Shown here: piece by piece, positions 36,561 to 49,209 of the stretch
Layout of the letters: the number at the start of each line of letters is the position of its first letter
Position numbering within the stretch: position 1 is the first letter of the stretch
Assembly (NCBI GenBank): GCA_964188305.1
Contig: OZ076885.1
Length of the DNA stretch: 64,000 nucleotides
Source of the DNA: Podarcis bocagei
Lineage: Eukaryota
Direction: 5' to 3' (one strand)
The notes under the pieces: generated by a model
What the model saw: only the letters and a program-made list of their open reading frames with translations
The model's database searches: none
What the model was told of the DNA's origin: nothing
Made by a program: the position numbers and the translations under genes

Positions 36561-39500
36561 ACAGTGGAGATATCACTGGTTTTTTTTACTTACCACTAGT
36601 GATGTAAGACTGTTTGGAAATGGAAACGCTTGTCTGCATACCACAGCAGTTGCCCTGCCAACAGTACTCAATCTAGTAATGTATGCTTACAACTTTTCCC
36701 ATGGTGATAAATGTATGATTCACTGGGGGCGCTGCAAATACCTTCGTGCCCCAAGGGAAGGCAGAAGGAAGGGAGCCCAGGCCAGGGACTGCATGTTGCA
36801 TCGACTCCCAGCTGACATAGGAGGATTCTGTCTGTCTTGGTTTTATAGAATGTATTTGTTTTAGGGTTTAATTTTAAACTGCCTTAGGTGCCTTGACAGA
36901 GAGGAAGCATATAAAACAAATAAATAATGATGATAGTGAATCATTATTACCTAACACTTTACTTGATGGTTTTGTGTTTGGATGGGAAACCACATCAGGA
37001 CCTTCTTTCAAACACTAGCATGTTTAAGTATATTATAACTTTGTGAAATACTCATTGGGAATCATATTAAAATCATTATCATCTTAGTTGAAACCATAGT
37101 TTAAACCATGCATCTACAATATGGCAAATGTACCATACTAATGCCAGCACTAGGTGTGGGCAGGTGAACTATAAAGCAGTTGTATGCATGGGGTGTTAAC
37201 AAATCCTTAATAGAGTCATGTCATTGCATTTTCCTTTCTGCAATAGTAGGCCAGATTGCATATATATATAGAGAGAGTGAGTTTTGTAGCAATAAAATTG
37301 AACCACAGGTTTTCTACATTATGAAGTACTGTCCTTGTACATACCATTTTTCCTTCTAGCCCCCAATCCCCACTTCCTCCATGCATGCAAAAAATTGGAA
37401 TTAAAACTTGTGAATAGAGAAATGTGCCATATATTTTTTTCCACGTAAATAAAACTTGAAAGTGATTTTAGGTATGACAGCATATATTATAATTTTATAC
37501 ATAGGTATTAGAGAATACAAAACACATTCCACTGTAAACTTTAAAGAATATTTAATAAGTTTTTAAAAAATAATGTATAGCTTTCCCCCCTTCCTATGAG
37601 GTGCATGAAAATATACCATTCCTTTTTGTTGCAGCAAGACTATCCAAGAAACCCAAGGAAAGCTACAATGATCAGGAACAGGTAACACTGGAAAGAATTT
37701 ATATTCAAAATGGAACCTGAAATGAAATAAAGCTACATACGAGTTGAAAATGTTTTGCAAAATGGAGGGCAACATTTACAAAAGTGTTGGGTGTAGGCTC
37801 CAATGAGCTCAAATCTCTCACATCATCAATAGGACACATGGGCCTCTTTGCACATTACATTTTCAGGTATCCACCTGAGATATTTTAAGTGCACATCTAA
37901 AAAATGCAAAAACAGGGGTTGCTGTAATTTTCTGGGCTAAACCGGCTGAGACTAGGAGTTACATGCATCTTTTTCCTGCCTCCCCACCCCACTCCCCTTT
38001 TTTAAAAAAGCAAAGGAGCCTCAAGAGACTATGAGTTTGAATGGAAGAATAGCTGGGAGGAGGGGGTCTTCCTCAAGCAGCTTTCTTCTGCTTGGTCTTG
38101 GCTCTTCAAGGTGCTTTTCTTTCCATAATAGTAAATCCATAGTTTTGTCTGTGAGACAAAGAGCAGGTGAGGAACGGCAATTTTGAGAGAAACAAAATGA
38201 CTGGGGAGGAAAGGGTTAACAGATCCTTTCCCTCCTCTATCCCACTGTTTCTCTGCTATACTTTCTTTTTAAGGTAGGGGAAAATGCATGCGCCATTGTT
38301 TGATGTCTAGCCTAGACGTTTTGCCAGTGTACGCTCAAGATTCAAACCCAGCTCTGCCCCACTTGTTTTGCAAAATGGCCTTCAAGTGTCTAAGGCTGCT
38401 CCTCTGCCCTGTTACTTGGGAGTAAGCCCCTCCCCCTTCATTTTTTGTGCCATAGTTAGAGCACAACCTTGTGAACCAAGGGTGACAGCAGTACTTTTTT
38501 CACCTGCAGAATCCTGTCCTGTTATATACAGAAAGCTTTAACCGCAACAGGCCTCTGCCCGAGAACCTCTGAGACAACATTGCACTCTCTTCCTAATAAG
38601 CCTCTTCCTATTTATAAGGTGCATATCCATCCATAGCATGTATGGCAAATTCACTTTTGTTGCTGTGGCCAAACAGCAGTACAATTAAAAGAAAAGATGA
38701 AATAAGTGTCATAGATCTATTTATAGATCAGTAATTGATCATTAATTCTGTGTGGTAGGGTACTCCTTCTCCCCCCGCCCCCCGGACAGTTAACAAAACT
38801 GGGCAGCTATCAATAGTTATTTTTACAGTATATTTAAAGCACACACTGCATCAGGTATATTCATAGTAGACACAAGACAACACAGTCCCAACAAATGATA
38901 GGCGGAAATGTAAACCCACATCCTAATTTGCATTGACTTTGATAGGATTACAATAAGGCCTTGGGCCATAAACAAGAAATGAAGCACCAAGGACCCAAAC
39001 CCATATATTTAGGGGCAGGCTCAACACCTGAACCCTAAATGGCTTTGGTCATGTTGTACATTTAAAAGCCCTGTGCTTATCATGACATAGAAAAACAGCG
39101 GCACTGGCTTCTTTCATGCTGCTCTGAATGCGTACCTGGCTAACAAACTAGTTGTGTGGGGCATGTGCACAGGGAAAGTTGTTAAAAAATCTTTTGTGGG
39201 TGTTGCTTATTGTGGATTCAGGAGCAAGGGAGTGGCTTAGTCAGAAGTGAACTCCTTTTCCTCATCTCAAAAAAATGGAGGACTAGAGTGGCTGGCTAAT
39301 AGAACACAGCAGGTGAGAGATTACGGCAAGAGTTGGTTGCAGGATGTGTAAGCTGTAGCTTAGCTGCAGATTCCTCCCCTTGTTGGCTGGTGTTGGATGA
39401 AATCCTTTCCCCTCGAACTGCATTGTTTCTGGCATTACATGCAGCTGCTGTTTGCCTTAGCACCAAGGTTGGCAGTGTTGTGTCCAGAAAGCTGCTTCTA

Positions 39501-42500
39501 AACAGATGATTTCACAACTGGGCTCAACCTTCAACTGGTCAGTTTTAGTTCCTTTGGTTTTAAAGTGAAATACACTGTGTGGGTTTGCATGCTCTGAAAC
39601 ATCTCTCATCAGCAGCTTGGAAACAAGTCCATTGGTTGCACACAATATGACAAGGATGCGTGCATTTGTAACTCTGACTTCTCTATTCATTTCATAAGGC
39701 CTAGCAGAGGACCCCTTTAAGCCTTATACCGAAGGGCATCAGAATCCACTCTGGACAAGATAATGAGTTTTGCTGACAGATCGCTGCTGCTTAAATGTAG
39801 CACGGCCCTATGGATATTGCTGTTTGCGTGGTTTGTTGCTGGTAGAGAAATGGCAATCCCTGCATCTCTGTGATAGATGGCAAGGGTTCACTGGAAAGAG
39901 CAGCAGGGCTGCTCATCTAAATTTCCACACGGCACACTGGTACTGCAGCATCCATTCAGCAGAACTGCAGTTTCCAGAGAGAGCACCAAAAATGCAACTT
40001 TTTTTTCTCCCCCCGCAATAGTAGTTCCCTCCTCTTTGGAGGCAATACTACGAAAGGATTAATTTAAGATCTCTTGTGGGAACATCCTGTCCCATTCACC
40101 TCTACAGCACAACTTCTGTGCTTTTATCCGCTGAGCCACCAGGACTGCTGTGTTAATTTTTAATGATGGGGACCTCCATAAATAGATTTCATCTGTCTTT
40201 AATCTTTTTTGAACCAATGTTTTATTAATGTATTCCATCACTCCATTATTCTGCAAATCCACAAGCTATCAATAAGCATGCTTGTGAATACAACAGCGGT
40301 AATGAACCATGACAACAACTAACAGCACGGGAACTCCCAAGTTGCAATCTGTTCATATGTAAGAAAAAGGTGGGGAAAGGAAGCAGATGCCAGAGAGAGA
40401 GATGCTATTGCTTGAGGACATCATTATTTAAGGTTGCACAAGTTACACTAAGGATGAGGGGTAGTGAGAATGATTCGGATGCATGGTGGGAAATTTACTT
40501 CCTAGTTTTTATTGTACACTTTGTTTGTTTCCCATAGCTGCCTGCTTCTCAACTTGCCTCTGGTTCTTTGCTCATATGGCAGGATATACTTTCATCTTTG
40601 ATACAAAAGATTATAGACCATGGGCCCTTAAACCCACACCTGCAGTTCATGTATAATTGTGCTATAGCCTAACTGTGAAGTCAGCAATGGCTGAAGGTTC
40701 TAGACTCTCTCAATATTGCCGTTATGTTTCCAGATCTTCACAAAATGTCATAGTTCTTGGGTGGGTGCTGAGTCTACATGCTTCCCCCCTCCCAAATCTT
40801 TTACGGTGTCCCAGACTCTTAGTAGAAGGCAACCTTTCTATGTTCCTGAGTCAGACCATTGACCCATCTAGTGCACTACTGTCTATTGATTGCTGGGAGC
40901 TCTCCAGAATTCAGATGGGTTTCTGTGAGTCCTACCTGTGATACATAAACTCTTGACTGTTAACACCCAATGGCATATTTAGCTTTTTATATTTTATTAA
41001 CTCTACTGAGTGACTCTTTGCAGCCAAAGAGTTGCTCAAAAGGAAAGATTTAAAGCTATGTATCACTTGAGCTTAACTCATCTGATGAGGTTTTCCAAAT
41101 TTATAAATAGTGGGAATTAATCTGCATATTCCTATATACTCCAATCCAGGACTGCATATTAACAGGCAGAATGGCAAGCACAAAGGAGCAGCTGAATCTG
41201 AAGGTGGGGAGAATGGGAAGGGCAGGTTAACTCCCCTCAGCTGTTCAAGAGGGAGAAAATCAGGAAGGGTAACTGTACGTATAATGGCTCCCTAGCTTGT
41301 AAAAATAGGGTTTACATGCTGGCTTTGTTGTGTGACTAGAGCAGACATAGTACGAACTAACTATTAGGGTTGGAGCAAACTCTGATTTACTAGCACAGTG
41401 TTTCTCTTGATGCTTGCTTACATACTAAAATGCTTGTGTCATGTGTTAATATGTTCTTTTTAATGACCAGCTGAACTGATCACTATCTTTTTTTTGCTCA
41501 CAGATTACATACTGCAGTTTGCCAGCATAGAGAGGACCTGACATGCCACACTAGCACCTAGGTCTGCATGTTTGCTGGTAAGAAGGTAAGAGAATATTGT
41601 TATGAGTTTGGGAGGATGGAGAAAGAAAGTAGGCTCTATGCGAGATCCTTCAACCCCCTGGATCCAGGCTAGCGTCCCATGTTGAGGTGCTCGCCTAGGT
41701 GATGGACCGTTAAGAGGTGTGCAAGATGACAAATAGATGGAGTGCCTCTCTCAGCTCACTGTTAGTTAGAAGGACAAAGCCAGAGTTTAGAGTTAAAAGT
41801 GGGAGTGATATGACCTAGAAGTGAAGCAGCAAGCTGCAGAAAGAGGGAGAGCAATGTTTCAATCCAAAGCTGTGGCTATGGGAGAAACATAGACCCTGTT
41901 TGGATGTTAATGCTGTGAGCCCCTCCATCATAGGCTCAGGCTACATATATGTGTGGTAATAAACCATATATCATAAAGACACCACAGTCTCTGTTGTGCC
42001 AGTGCCTGGAATCTTGCAATGCTCAGAGGTTGGGGTGGCGTGCAGCAAAATTCTGGCTCTATAGCCTATACTATAGCAGGCAAAAGGTTATAGGGATGTA
42101 CAAGAAGCTTGCAAAAGAAACAGGGAAATGCCTATGTAAAGTTTCACCTCTTTTTTGGCAATTCAAAGCCATTACTAGGGCTACCTATGTTAGCAGGAAA
42201 ATTATGCAAACGTCCTTACTCTTCCTAGAGATAATTTGATTTAGTTCTTTTAATAGAGGTACAAGGTCAAAAAACCCAACTCAAACAAGTGTATATTAAT
42301 GGATTGTTCTGATGCCTGGTAAGCCTATCCTAGTTGAAGATGAAATTAGTAGGGAGCAAATTAATGAAATGGCATATTAGTGACAAGTCGCTTAAAGCTC
42401 TTTGTTGTACTTCAAGCCTGGAAATGAGAAACACAATGTAAGTTGAAACTGGAATGACATTTAAAAGAAAATCCAGAGGACAGTGACAGAAAGACAACTC

Positions 42501-43200
42501 CTTGCTTCTTGTTGTGTTTTCCAATGGCCAAAATGTCCTTTCCAAGAAATAATCATCTACTATTTCCTTTTGAATGAATGCATGGTCCCATTGAATATAG
42601 AACAGGATAGAACCCTTCCCTACTTATTTAGGCAGCTGCTAGACTACTTTTCTTTAAACTGCTCAGAGTGTATGAATCCACGTATGTTGTATAAATTTTC
42701 ACACATCATGTGTGTACCACTAGTGATTTAGTCTGCAAGACAGGACCCAATTTCTGCTTACAGATCACCTACAATGTAGGCCAGGGTAGATCCTGTCTGA
42801 GCTGACTTCAGAGGCCACAAAACTGAAACCACTTCCTTAAGTAGAAAAGTTTCCTGGAGCCATTTCACTCCACGGTAATATCTGGAGTTCAGGAGCATAC
42901 TTCTTGGATCCGCCATACTGGCTGTTGTTAAAGACAAACTCCAGTTAAATGGAACCTCCACATCCTCTGCACTTGCGTTGCTACAACTTGATTCTCTATT
43001 TCCACGCAGGAAAACTATTTGCCAGCAGCCTCCAGGAAAATGAAAGCAGCAGCCTCTTCCCACTTGACAGTCTGTGCAAAAGGGGAACAATTTTTCTTTC
43101 TTTCTTGTTACTTAGTAGTTTCCTTTGTCCAAGCAAGTCTGAGTTCCGATGGTGACAAACTAAGGTGAGTCACAAAATTTCCAGAGAAGATTATACACAG

Positions 43201-43206
43201 TTTATT
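43201..43206 (-). promoter_or_regulatory. Candidate proximal TSPAN4 polyadenylation signal
   Basis: tttatt on + (AATAAA on -), about 92 nt past the stop. More distal alternatives exist. Confidence 0.4.
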
Positions 43207-43297
43207 TTACATAGAAAAAAAAGTATGAGCATGAAGAAGAGTCCTCTTTTGTCTTGTAGAGAGGTGAGCCATGGCTGACAGACGTTGACTATGATTT

Positions 43298-43366
43298 CTA
43301 TGCACAGTAGGTATCTGCCTTGACAACCTGACAGTACATGGTCATTGCAAATGTCAGTCCAAGAAT
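43298..43366 (-). CDS. TSPAN4: TSPAN4 last coding exon
   Basis: Acceptor ttttgtacctacag|. Encodes ILGLTFAMTMYCQVVKADTYCA* with TAG at 43300-43298, the TSPAN4 C-terminus. Confidence 0.97.
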   Translation of the reverse strand: MLGLTFAMTMYCQVVKADTYCA

Positions 43367-44348
43367 CTGTAGGTACAAAAGGCATATCAAGATTAAACGA
43401 CATGCAACTCAACAGTGGTCTATTACTTATATTTCAATGTGTATCTTTTAGTGTTGACTCTTGGCACATAATATGTTTAACATGGGGAATACTACGTAGT
43501 AACTTAAGAAAAGCTTCCAAGGGCCCTATAAACAATGCCGGTGCCAAACAAAATGGCATTCCGGAATGTGCTTGGCTTATGGCCACATGAAACACTCCAA
43601 AAAGGTAGAGCTGTTGATTCTTTTAGGAGGCATTCTTGTCCAAGGGTATGGAGACATACGGTGCTAGACTGCAACTGCCATCATTTACGACTACTGACTA
43701 GGATGAATGGGAGCTAAAGTCCAGCAACATCTGGAGGGTCACAAGTTGCCCCACCTCCTGTCCTAGGGATTCCAGTGTCCAACAGGGAAAGAGGTGCTGT
43801 TCAATGCACTTGCTTGTAAACAAATTAATCTAGAATCATGGTGAGCTAAAAGGAGACTGTGGTAACACATAGGCTAACGTAGGGAATGGAATACACAATG
43901 ACCCAAATTACACAGCACCTGCTCACAAATTCTCCCCACTGACATGAATGGGAGCTACAGAGCTCATGCCGGAAAAGCAGCATAAACATCATTCATGTTA
44001 ATAGAAGACAAGCAAACTAACTGCATGTAATTTGCAGAATTAAAGGCTGCCCTTAAGAAATGTAAGACATTAGTCCTACTCCCGGAAGGGGAACTGTGTC
44101 TCCTGGCAACATCCCCAACCAACATCACAGTCCCTGCCAGCCTTGTTAACAAGGAAATTCTCTCTTTCTAGGTTCCTGCGATCTATGGTTAGATGCTGAG
44201 TACAGACCCGGGAGGTGCAGTCCCCTTCCACACATTAGCTTCCATGGGTTCCCCAGGGCGATGGAAGGGGAAACGACTGCAGCAGTCAAGGGAAAATCAT
44301 CGAAATAAGCCTCCAAATTTAATGGAGGACAGCAGTTGGAGATACATG

Positions 44349-44417
44349 TGTCTCTCTCCCTTTCTTTCTTTCTTTCTTTTCTTTCTCTCTCTCTCTCTCT
44401 CACTCACTCACACACAC
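44349..44417. repeat. (TTTC)n/(CT)n/(CA)n low-complexity tract
   Basis: Read directly. Confidence 0.9.
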
Positions 44418-44581
44418 GTGTACAATTTTTGCTGGAAGAGCCCTCCTATTATGGGTCTGACAGTCAATATTGGACTAATACTTCTGTGAGAGAAAGAAAA
44501 GCTGAGGGACATTTAAACCCTTCACTGCCCTTGCATGTAGGAACCAACAGAAAGCACCCCAGCAATAAGTTAAAATTTTAC

Positions 44582-44665
44582 CTGAACCAAAGCTGTACAC
44601 AGTCCAAAAATTCCCACTGCTAACAGATTTTCCTGGAGCCATATTTTCACTGTTTCATAACAAGG
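44582..44665 (-). CDS. TSPAN4: TSPAN4 penultimate coding exon (end of EC2, start of TM4)
   Basis: Acceptor ctctcttttaaag| and donor cag|gtaaaa; 84 nt. Encodes PCYETVKIWLQENLLAVGIFGLCTALVQ. Not in the ORF track; read by hand. Confidence 0.96.
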
Positions 44666-45248
44666 CTTTAAAAGAGAGAGAGGGGGGAAAAATAAAGACC
44701 ATGAGAATGCTTATTTACTGAGAAACATGAATTTTTGGTGTGTGGGGAGTCAAAAGACACAAGTAGCAATGACAAGACTGACATTTCAAGATTACGCAGT
44801 TTCCTCTATTTCAGCATTCACTGGAAGTGCAATACCCCGGGGGTAGGAGGCCCGCTTACAATGAAGTGTGGTGTTAAGGGTTCAAACATTATACATCTGA
44901 AGAAGACATGGATGCATGCTGCGTGCAAGATGCAGTAATAAGGAACAAGTTCTTTCAAACCCCCACTTTACCCAATGTGAGTCAAATACCTACATTTCTA
45001 AATTCAACTGTAAACCTTTCTACTTCAAGCACAGGCGCAATGGCGGGTTGTGCAAAGGCAACTATAAGGCAATTACTGCTCAAACAAAAATATTTCCATT
45101 GATACAGCAGCTTGTATTGGCTTCATAGCAACTGTACAGAGATAACATTACATTTGGTGATCCTCTGGCTCTGCTTTTGGTATATCAAACATGAGCGCTA
45201 ACAGTTGCATAGTAGGGTCTGTTGAGCCAGCACATAAATATGTCCTTT

Positions 45249-45316
45249 CTGTAGCAATGGGTTTGGATCCTTGGAAAGCCCTGTAGCAATGGGTTTGGAT
45301 CCTTGGAAAGCCCTGT
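45249..45316. repeat. Perfect 32-bp tandem duplication in TSPAN4 intron
   Basis: ctgtagcaatgggtttggatccttggaaagcc twice, then ctgt. Confidence 0.95.
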
Positions 45317-45861
45317 GACATAAACTGGGAAAGACACTAGCTTAAGATCACCCAGCAAGCTTCTTGGCTGAGCATAGTTTTTTGGCATTGTCCTTCCAAA
45401 TACAACACTCTTATCTATACTCGGGACATGTCAACCACCTGTACTCCTAGTTGGGTGCCATAATACACTGGTCCTGCAGAAATATTTCCTAGAAAATATA
45501 TTGTGGGGGGGTTTTCCTTTGTAGGCTAGCTCACACCCATAATGGAAACTTGCATGTGTTGACTATACCACCAGAACTTGTTCTGCAATGGCCACTTAGA
45601 TCTTACTCTAACAACATGCTCTAGCCTAAGCTCATGCTCTTTCTCTGTTTGTGCTTTAAAGTGGGTTATCTTGTCAGCAAAGACTTTTCTTTGTTGCTCG
45701 TCAAATAATCATACAAATTCATGGTGAATGTGTCATTGCAGCCTTTTTGACACATGCTAGGTCATGAAACAATAGCAACTATGCAAGCCCAAGCCCTTTT
45801 TCCTTTTACAATTCTAGGTCAGCTTGGTTAAAATAAGAATTAAGTTTTGACAGCTACTCAC

Positions 45862-45993
45862 AGCTTTCCACCAGGTCCCTGGGGAATGAAGACCACAGTT
45901 TTCACTGAATTCCAAGCAGCATGAATCTGGCACCCGTGTGGTATTGTACACTTCAAACCAGTCGGTGAAGTTTGACACTCCACAGCATCTGAA
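45862..45993 (-). CDS. TSPAN4: TSPAN4 coding exon with tetraspanin CCG and PDSCC motifs
   Basis: Acceptor ttttttttcag| and donor |gtgagt; 132 nt. Encodes FRCCGVSNFTDWFEVYNTTRVPDSCCLEFSENCGLHSPGTWWKA, with N-glycosylation sequons NFT and NTT. Confidence 0.97.
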
Positions 45994-48414
45994 CTGAAAA
46001 AAAAGAAAGAGGGGAAAGGCCATTGGACAAGGAGGACATGCAAAGGCTTAGAAGCCACAAGGACACTGGCAAATCAGATGGGGAACCAATGGACTTCAAT
46101 AGGTATCCCGTTGTCATAGAATATTCAGTGCAATTCTCTTGCAGCACTTTCTTAATTGCTTAGTATTTTTTTTTGTAATTCACCTTAGAATTGCAAGGTC
46201 TCCCAAAGGCCCCCTAGCATTTAGACACCTAGTCTATGGCAGTTAAGCTAGTGGCAGCGAGAAGCGTCCCCATGTCTTCCCAGGTCCACTGTGACAACAA
46301 AGCATGTCACTCACTCACTGATCTTATCACAGGGGTCAGGTGGGTGACAGAACCATTTACATCCAGAAATGCACCTCCTCGTCAGATAGTTGGTGTGTTC
46401 AACCACTGCAAAAAAAGGGGCAAGAAAAAGAAGCCTGCCTACATCAGGAGTTGTATAAGTAGCACTGCCAGAATCCTAATAGTTCTGAATTGCCCTTTTC
46501 ACTGGCCTTGGAGATTCAGAGGAGGAAACATTCCCACCAGAGGTGGAGAATCCAGTCCACACTGCACAGAACCACTAAGTTAACACTATGTTAGGTATAA
46601 ATGAAAGCCCAAGAAAGCGTTATTGGTTGAGATCTGTACATTTCATAAGAAAAATGAGAACTAACATTTATGTCAATGTGATAGTTTTTCTACTGGGTTT
46701 CCTCTACCACCACTATTTCTTTTTTTAATTTCTTCTGCTTGGTATTTAATAATAAAAAACCCATGACTCAGCAAATGGATTGTCATCAAACGCTGGATTG
46801 CCAGCACACCAAAGCGCAATGATATTATTTTTCAAGTATGCTATTATCACTAGAAAAAAGTAAAGAACAGCAAATGAAATGGTTACAGCAATGAAACCAT
46901 TTTTGTAAAGATGAGTGGCTTCAGAGTTGCATATACTCTGCCTTGAAATTGTCTTTGACAGTTAGTAATAGAGATATTCATGATCTGGGAGCTGAGATTG
47001 CAGCCAGCAAACTTTTCTCCAAGTAGCAGAGTACTAAACTTTGATTTGTATCTCTCCCATCGTACCTTCCCAGCATGTGGATGAGCATTTTAGTGCCTCA
47101 TGAAGGTGAGTGATTTACAGTTCTGGCTAAGCAGGCAAAATGTTCGCTGGAGGACTTCAAGCTTCTCTCACACACTCCAGTCTGCAAACCTGAAATACAG
47201 CCTACAGCACTGTGCAGCCTGGGCAAGTGAATTCATTCACCATTCTGAGATATTCCTGCTGAGGCTTCAAAATAGTCTTCATCTAACTTGCTGCATCCAT
47301 GAAACCTGCAGGCTCACTGGCAGGACGTGATGAGAGGCCTTAGAGGGTCATGGAGGAGTGAACCCCACTTCACTCACAACCACAACACGGTGTGAGTAAG
47401 GGAAGTGATTTTCTCGTTTTGGGGGGAAATAACCGTAGCTTATTCTGAAAGCATTGGAGGTCAGTGGCAGGCAAGGGAACACTCATCACTACTTGGGATG
47501 TGACAATTTTGAACTAAGAAAAGCTTGGTTGGATACTTGAATTTCAAAGTATCCCAGTACCATCTTGTGGAACAATAAAAGGAAAGGTGTGGTATACCAA
47601 CTGTGATCAAAATTATTCGTAACTCTGTTGTCCACACAGGAAAAAAAGGGTGGTGGTGGTGGTGCTAAGCAGATTCATGATAGTCTCTCATCCCTTGTGA
47701 TTGGGAGATTTGCTGCTGTGCCTTCTTGCCTCTCAAATCCCTCCGGATAAAATATTCTAAGGTGGATGTTTATTTACTACTTTGTAAAGGATCAAGTCTA
47801 TGGCACTAACAGAGAAATCCAATATAATTTACAGTATTTCAAAACTGGGCTCTTGTTTTTGTTTTCAGAATTAGTTTCTTGAGTAATTGAATGTCTTATT
47901 ACAGCCACCATATATTTAAAGGGGTTGCTTATTCTGGCCCCCCATGGGCTATGTTGAATAGGTTATTGATTTTTTTGCACTACCTTTCTTGAAATTGGAT
48001 TAATATATACTCCCTGCAATAACTCCTTTAGTTCCTTGCTCTTCCAGAGTTCCTAAAATTAATAGCATTTCCCATTTGTGCAAAGCAATATGTCACAGCA
48101 ATATAGGATTGGGAATGCACATCCATGAAAATGTATAAGAGGAATCTTGGCAGACAATGTAGCTACTCAAGATAGAAAGAGAACAAGCCACTGGGATTAT
48201 GACAAACCTCTCCTATTGTGTTGAGTACAAAAGGAATATTTAAACACAAGGATTCCCAGTGATTAATTGCAATAAATCTGGAGCAATTACTCACATCAAG
48301 GGAAGCCACAGAGCACATCAGACAGCCTAAAAACTGCAGTGCATATTGAAATACTATTTTAGTATTTTTATTATGGATTAACACATTCAGATTATTTTAT
48401 TTTATGTATTGAGT

Positions 48415-48490
48415 TTTAGAATCATAGAACTGTAGAATTGGAAGGGACCTCAAGTGCCATCTAGTCCAACTTCCTGCAATGCAGGCATCC
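48415..48490 (-). mobile_element. CR1-type 3' end remnant
   Basis: The + strand tagaatcatagaactgtagaattggaagggacc...catctagtccaac is the reverse complement of a CR1 3' terminus. Confidence 0.75.
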
Positions 48491-49107
48491 CAGCCCAGTT
48501 CCATACAGAGATAAGGGAAATGTTCTCTTTCTTTGCTCCCTGACATATGGAAAGGTGCCTCAGGCAAAGAAGAGAAAAATGGAGAAATCAAAAGGTTCTA
48601 CCATATAAACTGCCAGAGAGACCAGATGAGCTCATTTCCCATTGTATCCACTACTGTTCCAAAATTATAATGGAAATGTGACATCTTCTGTGCATTAAAA
48701 TCACTCGTGAGATGGAGTGGCTTGGTTCTACCCCCTTTAATGAATTTTCACTGCCTGCCCATGCTACTAAAAATAGGCGCTTTTAGACAATTTGCCCATG
48801 TCTTTATGCATGTCTGCATGAAGAAGAGCAGATGAAAATAAGTCCAAAGCTGCTAACGAATCCACTGCAGGTAAATTTTGATGCAGATGTGGAAGGACTA
48901 TTAGGCTACATGTCCTGGTTCATAGGTAAGTACCTGTGTACCAGGGTCATGATGCCTAATAAGTGCCACATATTTATAGGGCTGAAGCAGTCCCAAGAAC
49001 ACTTTTAGAAACCAATATGAAATCCCATTATGCTGGAAATTCAAAGCCAAAAGGATATATTGTGTGCAGATGGATAAAAGACAAAAAGAACAACAATGCA
49101 AGCTTAC

Positions 49108-49209
49108 ATCTGTTTGTATGATGCTCCATGCATTAGTTAGGCCAATATTTCCATCAGTTCCATATAAATGAAGCCCTTTCTTCAGGTCCCGCTGAGCATA
49201 CTTATCAAT
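49108..49209 (-). CDS. TSPAN4: TSPAN4 (tetraspanin-4) coding exon, start of large extracellular loop
   Basis: Minus-strand acceptor ttcatttccag| and donor |gtaagc; 102 nt, phase 0. Encodes IDKYAQRDLKKGLHLYGTDGNIGLTNAWSIIQTD. Confidence 0.96.
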
